From assembly GCF_009834535.1 (NCBI RefSeq), contig NC_045696.1, positions 6,202,001 through 6,266,000 of the forward strand: a stretch of 64,000 nucleotides of DNA, read 5' to 3'. Source of the DNA: Camelus ferus. Lineage: Eukaryota. The translations under genes and the position numbers were made by a program. This document shows positions 51,320 to 64,000 of this stretch, in pieces. Numbering within the stretch: the stretch's first letter is position 1; each line of letters opens with the position of its first letter. The notes under the pieces were generated by a model. The model was given only the letters and a program-made list of their open reading frames with translations, ran no database searches and had not been told where the DNA came from.

Positions 51320-51530
51320 CATTTATTCTACGTGCCAGATGCCTTACAGACCTTGTCTCGGTAGCTTTACAACTACCTCTGAGTTGGTTTCTATCGATTA
51401 GAAATCGGAGGCTCAGGGACGGTTAGGCATTTAACTCGGGTCGCACGCGTAGTAACCGTAAGAGCCAGAGTCGGAGCTGACCCTGACCTCAAGCCCACGA
51501 TTCCCGCCGTCTGTGCTCCGCTGCCTCCTT
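51320..51530 (-). mobile_element. MIR SINE
   Basis: ctacgtgccagatgccttaca...acaactacctctgag...agaaatcggaggctcagggacggttagg...ggtcgcacg. Confidence 0.65.
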
Positions 51531-52071
51531 CCGGGAGACCTTTCCAAAGGGCCGCACGTGCATTTTAACAGGTGCTGTCCACACGTGCGGTGGCTTCACC
51601 TAAGGGCATAAGAATGAACTTGGGGAATTCTCGGTCCCGTGTCAAGTCAACCAGGATAAAGTTTTGTTCAGATAATCATTTTACTCAGATAATTCAGCAC
51701 CTCTTAAGTTTAATTTCCATCACTTGGCATTTTATCTATTGGCGAGATCTGTCTATGGGTGGGTAGCACTAGTTTTACCAGTTAAGTTCTGCAAGCGATT
51801 TATTTGCTTTGTTGATGTGCAGAATTAACGGGATATCTCAGATTTTGTGGTGCCTCTCTGCTTCTTGTTGTCCTGGGTAATCTCATTTCTGAAAATGTAT
51901 TTGCCGGGCAGTGGTGGAATTCCTGTCTTGATAATAAGGAAACGAACAGGCTGGCTGATACGTCACCTCCGATACACACTTACCCACTTACGACGTCCCA
52001 GGCAGAACTGGAAACCCCCAGGCCTCCCCCAGGGAGAGCCTGTTCTGGGGATCTTGCCACACAGCAGACCA

Positions 52072-52250
52072 GAAAGTTTCAGGTGTACAGCAGAGTGATT
52101 CGGTTTTACATATACATACGTATATATTTTCTTTTCAGATTCTTTTCCATTATATGTTATTACAAGAAATTGAATATAGGTCCCTGTGCTATATACAGTA
52201 GGTCCTTATTATCTATTTTTTTTTTAATATATTAATGTGTGTCTGTTAAT
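52072..52250 (-). mobile_element. L1 3' UTR fragment
   Basis: tttcaggtgtacagcagagtgattcggttttacatatacat...ttgaatataggtccctgtgctata. Confidence 0.85.
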
Positions 52251-53609
52251 CTTTTTTAAACTCATGGCAGTTTAACAGCTGGGTCTCATTTGTGAGTTTA
52301 CTAAACAGTCTTAAATGAGATGATCAATGTGTCCCCGGCTCTCTGGAGTGGACACCTCCGAGTCCCTGCCACAATAACCCAGCTGTGTCTTGAAATGCAG
52401 TGGACGCAATGGACATTTCACTTCTGCTGATAAGAACCAGCAAGCAAACCAAGATGAACTGGGACGTGGGGGGGCGGTTCTCCCTGGTTACCCTTGTATG
52501 TCTTTCATGAATTGTGAGCATGGTTTGCAAACATAATCTGCTGCTTAGAAATGTCAGAACAAATAACTGTAATGGTACCTAGCTGCTGTACGTCTTCATC
52601 TTTTTATTCATGAAAATTTAAATAATTCTCCAGTTGAAGTGGATGATGGAGGAAGGCAAGGGGGCATTCATTTCTGAAATGAACATGTAAGACTTAATAG
52701 GTGTGAGATGCTCTTTTTTGTTTGATTTGTTTTTTTTTTGTTGGAGCGAGGAATAACGATTTTATCTGGAAAGCCAGCAGATGCAAATGCTTTTGATGTA
52801 AAAGGAATCTGCCCACATTACACATGATTTTAGCTTTATGAAAAGTAAGCCTTCTATAAAGGAGCCACCATGAATGATGAGAGAGAATGGAAAGTATTTT
52901 ATAACCAAATAAAGTCTCCAAGTTTTACTGATACGCTGTATCAAAATGCTACTCCCATTATGTTATTTCTAAAAAGAAAAAAAAAAGGAAAAAGAAAAAA
53001 AAGTGGGAGAATTAATTCCACTCAATCTTTTCAGGAGACTTTTTTTTTTAATCCAAGAAATTGTTCATTAAGTGCTCTGGATTTACAACTCCTTGTTTTT
53101 TTTATTGAGTTTAAATCAATCAGTCGATATTTTAATTGGTCTTAGGAGTAATGAGAGAACAATGTGGTATGAATTTTAGTTCGGAAAGTTATTTCTGAGC
53201 ACATTTTTAAGGTTCCACTTAAATAGTGTTTTAAACTTTTCTAGACGTTTTATGACTATGGTTTTGTAAAGTGGAATTCTTCAAAGCCAGGACGTTGCTA
53301 GACCCTCAGGACATTTTGTGTGATTTTTCACATGGCTGGCGTTTGCCACAGTCTTGGAAACGTCACCCACATTCTTCCTATTTATGAGCTAGAGTACGTA
53401 TAGCTTACTTGACAAAAAATGATTTAAAATGGCTCCAACTAAATTTAGTTTATTTAAAAAAAATTTAAGACATTAACATGTTCACTCAGGAAAGAAGTAT
53501 CACACAGAATGCTTCTTTATTTTTCCTGCTTAGCATGAATTTCATAAGCCACAAAACTGAAATCTGCCCCCCTCGTCCCCCCACGTTTTGTCGTAGACTC
53601 GCATCACCA

Positions 53610-54200
53610 CTCAGCTAACAGATCCCTGTTGGGTGCTCCCTCTGTGCCAGGCCTTTCTTGGATGCTGAGGATACAGCCGTCAGCAAAGCAGACTGAGGGC
53701 CCTGCCCTCTGAAGTGTCCATCCTCCCCAGGGAGACAGTGAAAAAAAAAAAAGAGACACACAGCAACAGGGCCTGATTGGGAAGGAATGAGAGCTCAGGA
53801 GGAAAACCAGGCAGGCACAGGGAGCAGGGAAAATTGAGGGTTAGGATTTCATAGTGACCAGCAAGGGGAGGAGTGACCTCTGGGTGAAAACCCACAGGAG
53901 GGGTCTGCTCTCTGGGGAGGGATATTCCAGACGGAGGGAGCAGCCGGCAGGTGCCTTCCAAGACTGAGGAGCAGGGAGGAGCGGGGGCAGGGGCTGGACA
54001 GAGGGACGGGGAGGGCTGGGGATGAGGTCAGAGAGACTAGGGGGTGCCGCTTGTGAAGGACGCTGACTGGCCGCTATGAGGACTTGAGTCTGGTTTCTAA
54101 TCTCTGTGGGACGGGAAGCCCAGCTTTCAGGGTTCTGAGCAACAGAAGTGACATGCTGTCACACATGTTGTTACGAGATCACACTGGTTGCCAATGAGGA
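53610..54200 (-). mobile_element. L2 LINE 3' region
   Basis: tgttgggtgctccctctgtgccaggcc...gctgaggatacagc...ccctgccctc...gatgaggtcagagag...gggaagcc...ttctgagcaacagaagtgacatg. Confidence 0.75.
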
Positions 54201-55329
54201 TGGTTTTTTTTTTTTTTTTTTGGTCCAAAGCAGAAGACACATGAAGCTAAGAGAATAATCTGGATGAGAGATGGTGGTGGCGTGGCCCAGGGTGTTTCCC
54301 TGGGGGTTGGGGGCCAGTATATGACTTTCCCGAGGTGGTTTGGGTGTGCTGCTTGAGGAAGCCGCAGTTTTGGGTCTGAGTGGCTGTCAGGGGTTTCACA
54401 TCCACGTGTATCCCGCCTTCCGCCCGTCTTGGTGGTTCCTGGGTGTTGGGGATTTTTGGTAGCAGCACCGTGAGGAAGAGCGACGAGGGCCTTTTCTTCG
54501 AGCCATCTTACTCTAGAGCTCCTTCCCTCTGCTGTATGATCGTCCTCTTTTCCAAGCTCTCCTTGGACCTCCTCTACCTCCTGCTTGTCCCTGCTCTGTG
54601 TGCACGACCCAGCGCTGGACGGGAGAGGCTGCCCAGAGGCACGTCGCTGTGTGGTCGCAGGAAGGCGGGTATCATTCCTGAGGTTTCCTTTCTCACACCG
54701 CAGAGTGGAATGATTGTTCGGATCAAAAGTTCATTGTCCTTAAGTGCCGGTACAATTGCAATTCAATATCTCCTGCCTTGGTTTGCATGCTGTGTTTTCA
54801 TCGAAACTTCGAGGAATCCAGCCCCCTCCTGCGAGCCTCACACTGCTCAGCTCAGGTTTACGATGGAGGAACAGGAAGGTGGAGACGTGGGTGGATGGGA
54901 GCCAAGTCGACCTGGGCAGAAGGGAGACTGAGGCCACGGGGACGGGCTGCTTTTGGGTGGTGACTGTTGCCGTCACACAGAAGCAGGCATGGCTGTGAGC
55001 TGCCAGCAGCCATGAAGGTGTGCCCTTCACCCACGGGGATCTGAGCTTGGATCTGACAGAATCCAGCTGGTTGAGAAAAACCTTCCAGTTTTCATTCCTC
55101 CCTGGGAAGCTTTGCTCTTGCAGGTGGGAGAAAGTGAAGCCTTAGCTGCACTCAGTTACTTGCCGTGTGTTTGAATGCTGTGCCAAATCACAGACCCCCG
55201 TGAACTCGCCCCTCCCTCCCCATCCTTCATCGTGGCTTCTGGTCCATCCCACACGGAGGGTTCCTGCCAGAGCTGCGCTCAGAGGAGCAGAAGCTGTGTT
55301 AGAAACAGCTTTGCAAGTTAGAACGGCTT

Positions 55330-58300
55330 TTCTTGTTTAATTGTGTGTATTTGAAATACACAAAGCCCTGTCATAATGAAACAAACAAAAATCTATGTAC
55401 TCACTCACCCAGTTTAACCTTTGCTGACACTTAGCTGTATTTTCTGCATATTCTTTTGAAAGAGATACAACTTACAAATGGAGTCGGTGATTGATGTATG
55501 TCCCTTCCCAGTCCCGGCCCCCCCTCCAGTGGGTAGCCAGAAGTGGGTGTGTCTTCTTCCTCCTCACCTGTCTCCACTCTCTACACGCACATGCCACCCA
55601 GCTCGCATCCACACAGGTGCACACACCTGTATTCTAGCACATTAAACATGTTTACACAAATAGTATTATTCCATACACATTCTTCTACAGTTTGCTTTTC
55701 CACTCAGCATTATGTTTTGAGATTTATCCACGTTGGTATGTGCAGATCTGATATCTGTAGCTTCCTAGAACAATTTTTCTGGTGGTTCAGTTATAAGTTT
55801 TCATAATTTTCTTTGACTCATCAGTATTTTGATTAGGTTTTCATTTAAAAGCCCCCCCCCCCTTTTTGAGATGTCTTTTTGTTATTTCTAATCTTGCTTC
55901 GTTGTGGTGAGAGAGGGATTCATTCTTTGGCATTTGTGGACCTGCTGCCTACTCAGTCTTTATGAATCTTCCACCTGGCCATGAAAAGAATGTGTTTTTT
56001 TCTATCTGGGGCTGGGTCCTTTTCATTCCTGTTAGATCTAGCTGGATCGTTTTCAAGTCTGTCTGTAACAGGCACATTCAGCAGTTTTTTTCACCCTCTG
56101 CTTTTGTTCATGATGAATCTCTTCCACATCCCTTCTTGCTGACTTGCTGGTAGATTCAAGAAGTTTCCAGTCTCCTTCAGCCATTTACAAAAGTCTGGTA
56201 TAGTCTAATTAAAAACTCTTACATGGTTTTATCTCTCCTTCCTCCCTAAACGGCCCCCCCAGGCATGAGGGCCAGGCACGAGGATAGGGAGGGGGAAGTC
56301 TGTCTGTCATTTGTTCCCCACCTGCTTCCGGCTCCCCCGTGTGTGGGGCAGGTATAGGATGAAACGACTTTTCTGGCTGCTTCTGAAGGAGATGCTTGGC
56401 TGTCGCTATCTGTCTGATGCTGTCCTGCCGAGACCCGCTGGGTAGCAGCCCATGCGTGAGGGTATTGGGGTTGGGGGGTGGTCTGCAAGGTTCCCTGGAG
56501 TGGGAGACCCCTTTTGGTCTGATTGCTTCCAGGCTCCCTCCGCTTGCCCTGGCGGGTCTTGCGGGATGGGCAGCCTTCCTGACTCCCAGGCTCATCTCTG
56601 TATCAGCAAGAAGCTTCAAGCCTCCCTGTCTCCCACAGCATCCACAGCAAATGCATCCTCGATCGGCCCCTATGTGCACTGGCCAGGGCCACTGCAGCCA
56701 TGGCTTCATAAGCCCAGGCCTCGCATCTCTCTTCAGAATGTAGACTACCAGACCCCTCCACATTCTCAGTTCTGTGTTTGAGCCACCAAATCTCTGGTGG
56801 CGGGTAAATTCTCACAAAATGTCTTCTGAGGACCATTCATACTAATTTTTTTTATCTCTTTGATAGAACAGTTTTTGAAAAAGTGACAGTTTCCTTCTAT
56901 AACCTATAACAGATTTGTCTATTTTTCCTTATAATTCTGTTAATTTTGGCTTTCCAATGTTGGGGCTTTTGTTGGGTGCAGAGAGCTTCTAGATTTTTAT
57001 ATATTCTTAGTAAATCACTCCTTTTTGTCATTAAGCACTGCCCAGCTTTACTTCTGATGACTTTTGTCTTAAAACTCTATCTTTTCCTGATATTAAAATT
57101 GCTGCTTTTTGTGGCAGGTGGAAACTTTCTTGGTGCATCAGGTTTATCTTTTCCAACAAGTTTATGTTAAACTTTCCTGTTCATTTATGTTTTAGATTTG
57201 CCTGTTGTAAACAGAACACAACTCCAATTTAAAAAACAACCCCCAAAAGAGGATGTCTGTGTTTTGACAAGTGAGCATGAGGCATATAAGGCATATTTAT
57301 AATATACTTACCATGTATATTTGTGTTTATTACTGTTAACTTATTTTGAGCTTCTTGTTTTTACTCCTTTTCTGACTTTATCAAATGTATTTATTCCTCC
57401 TCTCCCCATCTACTGGTTTTGGAATGTATGTATTCTAATTTTAGTCTGATTTTTTGTTTGGGTTACTCCTACAATTTTACAAGTACTTCTCACCTAACAA
57501 AGTCCAGAGTTAGTCAGTGTCTCTATCCTCTGTCCACACAAAAGCAAGCATCTGACTCTCACCCTGCCTCCCGCCTCTCGTGCTGCTGTTGCCATGATCA
57601 TTAGTTCTACTCTGCTTTCAAGTCCTTCTCAAGTTGATCATTGTTGCCATGTTTTTAATTGTATTGATGTTTACCTGGATTTGTCAACTGCTTACTCATT
57701 TACGTCGTGTGCCTTTGCTTCTTGAATTTAACTTTTTTCCTCTTTGGGGCTTAATTTCCTTGGTCATGAAGATGTATGTAGGTCTTTTTTTAGTTGTCTG
57801 TGAGTAGTAAAATCTTTCAGTCCTTCCCTCAACATTTCAATTCCCCTTGTTCTTTTTTTCATTAAAATTTTTTTTTAAATTGAAGTATAGTTAATTTACA
57901 ATGTTGTGTTAGTTTCTGGTAGACAGCATAGTGGTTCAGTTCTGTACGTATGTATATACGTGTTTTTCGTTATAGGTTATTACAAGCTCTTGACGGTAGT
58001 TTCCTGTGCCATCAGTAGGACCCTGTTGTTTACCTATCCTTGGGTTTTGAGTGATCACTTTGCCTGACAGTCGTGTAGGTTACCGGTCAGTTTCCCTCAG
58101 CACCTGGAACACACGGTTTCATTGTGTTGTGGCATCTGTCCTTGCCGGTGGGAAACCTTGTATCCAGTGCATTGGCTCCTTTATAGATGATCTCTTCTCT
58201 GTTCTCCGGTCACTTTTAATACTTCATCTTCGTCTTCCATGTTTCATCCTTCTCTGACTAGATGTGGATTTAATTATATTTATTTTGCACAGGAATTCTT

Positions 58301-58954
58301 TTCTTTTTTATTCTGAAGTCTTACTGATTTCCTCAAATCTGGTCATTATTTCCCCCCAAGTATCTCTTTGGAATTTTTTTTTTAACCCCCAGTTTTCACT
58401 GTTCACTCATCATAGAAATCCTGGTTGGCGCTGAACATCGCATTCGAACATCCATGCTCCTTAACACCCCTCTCTCTGTGTCTGCCTCACTCCTTCCTAC
58501 TTTCTAGGTAGTTCACAAACTTTCCCATCATTTATGAATGGTTACTTTTTAAAATTGTCTATTACGTGTTTCATTTCTGGAGGCATCTTCAGTTATTTCA
58601 GCTCTGCTTGTTATTGGTTTATACTGTCCTGCTTTTCGTTACCGTCTTAAATACTTTTTGAAAAAGTCATTTTCAGTTTATCTTGTAGATTCTTTTGGTT
58701 TGATCTTGTTTGAGGTGGTTATCTTCCATTTTTTTGCACCTGCTACCTCTACTAACATCTGTTTGTTTTAGTTTTTTCCTTATGTACTTCGTAATATTTG
58801 CTTGTGAACTCATCTTCAGTGGAAATTAATTTTTCTTTCACTATAAACTAAGATGTGAAAGTGTCCCTACAGAGTGGGTTTTCTGTTAACTTCTGCCAGA
58901 ATCCTAGGGGTTTTGATGATTATAAATCAGTCTATCACACTATCACACTATCAC

Positions 58955-59002
<48 letters not shown>

Positions 59003-59450
59003 CATCTGTCTATCAATGCTGGTATGCACTGTACAGATAACAGAGGTGTGGTTTTGATTTCTCACAGATAACTTTTTTTTCCCCCTGCACATTGCCTTGG
59101 GCACTTACCAAGCTTCCTTGCTAGGGAGAGTCCCAATTCTAGTTCTTCTGCCTCCCCTGGGCCATAAGCTATCTGTTTTGTCCCTGCTTGGGCCTTGGGA
59201 CATCTCCATACCCTCTCCAGTCCTTAGAACCTGTATTTGTGGCTCAAATTCCTATGGGTTACTGTGATTTCAGCTAGCACTCACCACTCTTGCTTTTGTT
59301 TTCTCATTGATTCTGGAGCTGAAGGATTTCTTTTTCTTCCTTTTGCTCTTGGCTACTATACAAGTTCTTGTTCTGAGTGGTGAGTGCTGGGTGCTGGTGG
59401 TTATTTGTTCTATAGCATTTTAGTGTGCTTGTAGTGGAAATAGGGCCTTG
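55330..59450 (-). mobile_element. Patchwork of ancient L1 (L1ME/MC-like) fragments, with a younger L1 tail at ~57865-58040
   Basis: T-rich antisense L1-like blocks (ttgcttttccactcagcattatgttttgagatttatcca; gatttgtctatttttcctt). ttgaagtatagttaatttacaatgttgtgttag marks the younger tail. Boundaries approximate. Confidence 0.5.
58955..59002. repeat. (TCTA)n / GATA-type tetranucleotide microsatellite
   Basis: Direct inspection. Confidence 0.95.
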
Positions 59451-59851
59451 ACTGTCTCAGAGGAGTCTGCCATGTGGTGACCTAGGATTGCTTTTTAGGA
59501 AGAATATTTATTGTCCTTCTAGTTAAGCTGAGGGACACAAGGGGTATTCAATAAGAGATAACATTTTTTTAAAACTGCGGATGTCAGTGGATGCTGTACC
59601 ACTCAAAGAGGGTTTTCTTTATATAATTTTCTATTATTTGTGATGAAAGCATTAGGATAGTGTTGATGGCTTCCTGATGGCTTAAAAACTGGACAGAAGT
59701 GAGAAGGAAGGAAGGAATTAAAAATCATGCCCTTCATCTTGTAGGAAAAACTGAGAATTTGGCAAGAGAGTAAACCTTCAACTATGGGAAGGAGGAAGTT
59801 GGAAGGGAGGACAGTTGGAGAAAATGATTTCATTTATTAAGCACTGAAGAT

Positions 59852-59944
59852 ATTACTGTTATTATGAGAACAGTTAACGTGAGACCTATCCGTTTAACAC
59901 CTTTTCAAGTGTGCAGTACAGTACTGTTAACTACAGGTACAATG
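59852..59944 (-). mobile_element. Short L1MA-type 3' tail
   Basis: gagaacagttaacgtgagacctatcc...tttcaagtgtgcagtacagtactgttaactacaggtacaatg, flanked by tgaagat repeats. Confidence 0.6.
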
Positions 59945-60413
59945 TGAAGATTGTTTTAAGGGAAGCCAAAGTAGAGTCTTCAGTTAGAATTGGAAAAGAA
60001 AAGAGGGAAGAAATACTCTCTCTGGTTAACATCTCAGACTCCCACTAAGACAGCAAATGGATGGTGAATCTTGTAGTGGCTTGAGATTAATAGGAATTTT
60101 ATGAAGATTAAAAAAATCTCTCCTGTTCAAGCTGACCCTACCAGAGAAGGGTCTTTGAGTATGGCTTCTGCTGTTCTTCAGGACCTAACAAGGATATGAG
60201 AATTGGATTAGTACTTAGATAAGTTACAATAAATAATAATCATTATGTATGCATTGTGAAAATGATAAGAGAGCTAACATTTATTTCAATATTTTTGGAA
60301 AGACACACTCCGGTAGTATAGAGAAGTGTGTGTGCTTGGACAGGGAATTTATATTTGTCTTTTGATCTCCTACTCATTATAATAATATATATTCACTCAA
60401 AACTTCTTTTAGT

Positions 60414-60864
60414 GTAATAGTGCCATTTGCAGCAACATGGATGGACCTAGAAATGATCATACTAAGTGAAGTAATTCAGACAGAGAAAGCTGAATACCAT
60501 ATGATACCACTTATGTGTGGAATCTAAAATATGACACAAATGAACTTATTTACAAAACAGAAACAGACTCACAGACATAGGAAACAAATTTATGGTTACC
60601 GTAAGGGGAAAGGAAGGGAAGGGGTAGGTTAGAAATTTGGGATTAACAGATACAACTACTGTATATAAAATAGATAAACAACATGGTCCTACTGTACAGC
60701 ACAGGGAACTAGACTCAATATTTTGTAATAAACCATAGTGGAAAAGAATGTGAAAAAGAATGTGTGTGTGTGTGAGTGTCTAAAAAACTGAATCATTTTA
60801 TTGTACACCAGAAAGTAAAATATTGTAAACCAACTATACTTCAATAAAAAGTAAATTTAAAAAG
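60414..60864 (+). mobile_element. 5'-truncated L1 3' end
   Basis: tgccatttgcagcaacatggatggacctag...caactatacttcaataaaaa. TSD aaacttcttt at 60400-60409 and 60865-60874. Confidence 0.93.
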
Positions 60865-61043
60865 AAACTTCTTTCAATTTCAAAGATAATTCTATTAGAA
60901 CATTAAAAAGAAATTAAAAAACTTTGACATTGTCCCAATTATACCATCCTTATGCAACTATTTTCATTTTGCATTTTATATCACATTTGTGTATTATCTT
61001 TCCTGGTCATAATCATACTGTATATAATATTTTGTATTTTCTT

Positions 61044-61143
61044 ATATTTATTTAACGGTAAATGTTTTCAGGTGTCTAATAAAATTGTCATAAATATTTA
61101 TTTAACGGTAAACGTTTTCAGGTGTCTAATAAAATTGTCATAA
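61044..61143. repeat. Tandem duplication, 2 x 50 bp
   Basis: atatttatttaacggtaaa(t/c)gttttcaggtgtctaataaaattgtcataa twice, with 1 mismatch. Confidence 0.95.
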
Positions 61144-61834
61144 TTTTGTAGACATTTTAGAGTGGAGACTTGATATTAATGTATAGGACTAGTAAAATAA
61201 AAAAATAAAGGGAATCAGGATTTTCAATTTGTTTTAAGTAAGGACATTAAGAGCAAAAAAAAAAAAAAAAAAGAAAGATATAATCTCAAAAGAAAGGAAA
61301 ATACCTTCAGTTACTGTAACTTAGCTGTGTGAATAAAATTACTCTTCTTCCACTTTTCCTCCTTTTTCTCCAAGGGTGGTTGAAAACATCATCAGGGACC
61401 TTTCCTGATACAAGAGCAGGGTCAAGTGTTCCTTAGACTGGGCGATGTCTAGAGGAACTTACTGATTTCTGAGTTTGTGATATTTGCTTGCAAAATAGCT
61501 GATTAATTCAGTAGGACCAGTGAGAAACCTGGCTGTTTTAAATGGTGGGCCTGAAATCCATCACTTCCCACACAGATGGAGCCTCCCCAAGCAGCCCTGC
61601 AGCAAGGAACCCCCAAAGGATGGCTCTGGTGTTTGTTTGTTTTAATACAACTTTGTCTTGAGAATCCTGGAAAATGTCCAGATAAGTCCCACTGTTAGAG
61701 ACATTGGCATCTTTCTCTATGTGCATCTTTGTTGAAAAGGATATGATTTGGACCTCTTTCAGATCTCTTCATGTGACAGAGATACCCTCTCAAAGAAAAG
61801 TTATTTAAGATACAAGGATATAAATTAAAAGTGT

Positions 61835-62565
61835 AAGTTTTTTTAAAAAATTGAAGTATAGTTGATTTACAATGTTGTGTTAGTTCCTGGTGTACAGTAT
61901 TGTGATTCAGTTATACATATATATTCTTTTTCATTATAGGTTATTATAAGTTATTTACTATAATTCCCTATGCTATATAGTAGGACCTTGTTGTTTATCT
62001 ATTCTGTATATAGTAATTTGTATCTGATAATCCCAAACTCCTAGTTTATCCTTCCCCTTGCCTTTCCCCTTTGGTAGCCATAAGTTTCTTTTCTGTATTT
62101 GTGAGTCTGTTTCTGTTTTGTAAATAAGTTCATTTGTGTCATTTTTTTAAGATTCCACATATAAGTGATATCATATATTTGTCTTTGACTTACTTCACTT
62201 AGTATGACAATCTCTAGTTCCATCCATGTTGCTGCAAATGGCATTATTTCATTCTTTTTTAGGGCTGAGTAGTATTCCAGTGTATATATGTGTACCACAA
62301 CTTCTTTATCCAGTCATTTATTGATGGGACACTTAGGATGCTTTCATGTCTTGGCTATTATAAATAGTGCTGCTATGAACATTGGGGTGCATGTATCTTT
62401 TTGAATTAGAGTTCCCTCTGGACATATGCCCAGGAGAGGGATTACTGGCTCATAGGGTAACTCTATTTTTAGTTTTATAAGGAATCTCCATACCTTTTTC
62501 CATAGTAACTGCAACAAATTACATTCCAACCAGCAGTGTAAGAGGGTTCCCTTTTCTCCACACCC
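61835..62565 (-). mobile_element. 5'-truncated L1 with ORF2 C-terminal remnant
   Basis: Minus-strand peptides [15 protein letters not shown]...FIAALFIIAKT and [28 protein letters not shown] taaaagtgt at 61826-61834 and 62566-62574. Confidence 0.95.
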
Positions 62566-62800
62566 TAAAAGTGTGACATTTTTGAACTGGCTTGATTTGA
62601 CATCACTGCATGGTGCCGTGGCCTGCACAGGATTTTGAATGTCACCTTGCCTGGGCTCCTGCCTGAAATAAGTCTGGTCTCACCCTGCCTCGATGGCCCA
62701 GTTGCGCTCCCGCCCCGGCCGTGGCGAGGCTAGCTGTGCTCAGCAGAGGCAGAAAGTGCTTCAAGGGCTTTTTTGATGTGGTTTATCTTTCACTTCTCAG

Positions 62801-63018
62801 GAGGAAATTCATTCCAACTGGATATAATTTTTTGAGGACTTTCACCAGATCTTAAAGGTTCAGGAATGAAAGGCTCGTGTGTTTTATTCAGGAAACTTCC
62901 AGCTGCTGAAAGGAGTTGAACGTTAAGCATCAAATCACTGGTGCTCAAAGATATTCTTCAAAAGGACTTGAGAGAAAAAAGAGGGAAAAAATGACAAAGC
63001 CAGCACACGAATGTGTTA
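62801..63018 (+). other. Candidate internal exon (218 nt)
   Basis: Acceptor tttatctttcacttctcAG|G at 62800/62801 and donor TTA|GTAAGC at 63018/63019, in repeat-free sequence. Confidence 0.35.
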
Positions 63019-64000
63019 GTAAGCTTTACTTTTACCATGTGGTTGCCAGGGCTGCTGGTTACGAAACACAGAAGCACTTTTAATGATAATTTTGTATAAT
63101 ATATGATAATTTAGTGAAACATTTTAATGATAAGGGTGAATTTAAATTACCGTAAATATATCACTTGGTGCTTTTTCAGTCCTCACCACCTTTCCTCCCC
63201 GTTTAAGGTCAATATTTATCAAAAATTATTTGATTTTTGCATGCCTAATGTTTGTACAGCTGTTCTTTTTTTTTTTTTTAAGTTCCTACATTTGCAATGA
63301 AAGTGTCAAAAGTTAAAGACTGAAATTAAATCAAGAAGCAGGAGGTTTATGCCAAGCTCGCATAACAGGATGAAACGTGTTCAGAAAGACAATGAAATTG
63401 GCTTCGAGGACCTTCAAAGTCTTCCCAAGTTCAAAATACTTTTCATAAAAATAACTTCCTTTTAAAAATGTGCTTGTTAGGCTTTGACTTCTGCTCCTTT
63501 TGATTTTTCGATGCCTATGAATTTATTTCAAAGTTGCTTCTATGATTATTCCAGGAGAAAATGGTTATCCTCTCTCCTTAAAGTGGTGACTGGAAAGGCT
63601 GGCAAACAGAAATAGAAGGATTGATAAAAATAGAAATAGGGGTAAAATGTTCATGGGAGCAAGTCCAGGGGGTGAGAGACTTGGAGAGTCAGGGTGTCTG
63701 AGAATTAAAATGGGGGAAATTCCTCTGGTATGGGGACCATGTTTAGCTGTGATTCTGTGCCCTCCCGTGTCCTCCCATATCTCTGCGGAGTTCTCTGGTT
63801 AGCCTTTGGCAGTGAAAACTCAAAATAGTGTCAATATCTGTCTATTCTCTGTGTCTATCTATCTGTCACCTGTCTGGCATCTTCACCTCCCTACCTTCAT
63901 CTCTGTGGTTTTTTTCCTATTGAGCAGGTCTAGTCCAATAGTATGGCATTGGATTGCTTCATGAGTTAACTTAGTACATTGTCCTTGTCCTGAAAGAGAT

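Noticed and set aside
1..64000. CRISPR array, operon or other novel multi-gene system; also a gene name for the CpG-island promoter
   Set aside because: The sequence is mammalian intronic/intergenic DNA with no regularly spaced repeat-spacer array and no coding cluster. No recognisable coding exon lies in the window, so any gene symbol would be a guess.

Overview
Mammalian, essentially non-coding genomic DNA. It is most likely camelid (alpaca/llama/camel): five tRNA-Ala-derived vic-1-like SINEs and an artiodactyl-type Tigger1 derivative are present, and I saw no Alu, Bov-A/BovB, PRE-1 or CAN-SINEs. The dominant feature is a CpG-island promoter at ~8.0-9.6 kb with three + strand splice donors (probable alternative first exons). 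It is followed by what looks like a long first intron (>50 kb), with one candidate downstream exon at 62801-63018. I cannot name the gene. The intron holds ordinary mammalian repeats: truncated L1s (two keep ORF2 C-terminal remnants), MIR, L2, L3, MaLR/ERVL LTRs, two related ERV1 solo LTRs, hAT and Tigger DNA elements, and microsatellites. Many have readable target-site duplications (TSDs) and nested insertions. I found no intact host protein-coding ORF and no evidence for a novel biological system. The best leads are regulatory (a minimal uORF, alternative first exons, an LTR-borne STAT/GAS site, a candidate antisense exon) or concern transposon history. Repeat family names were recognised by eye and need RepeatMasker/Dfam confirmation.
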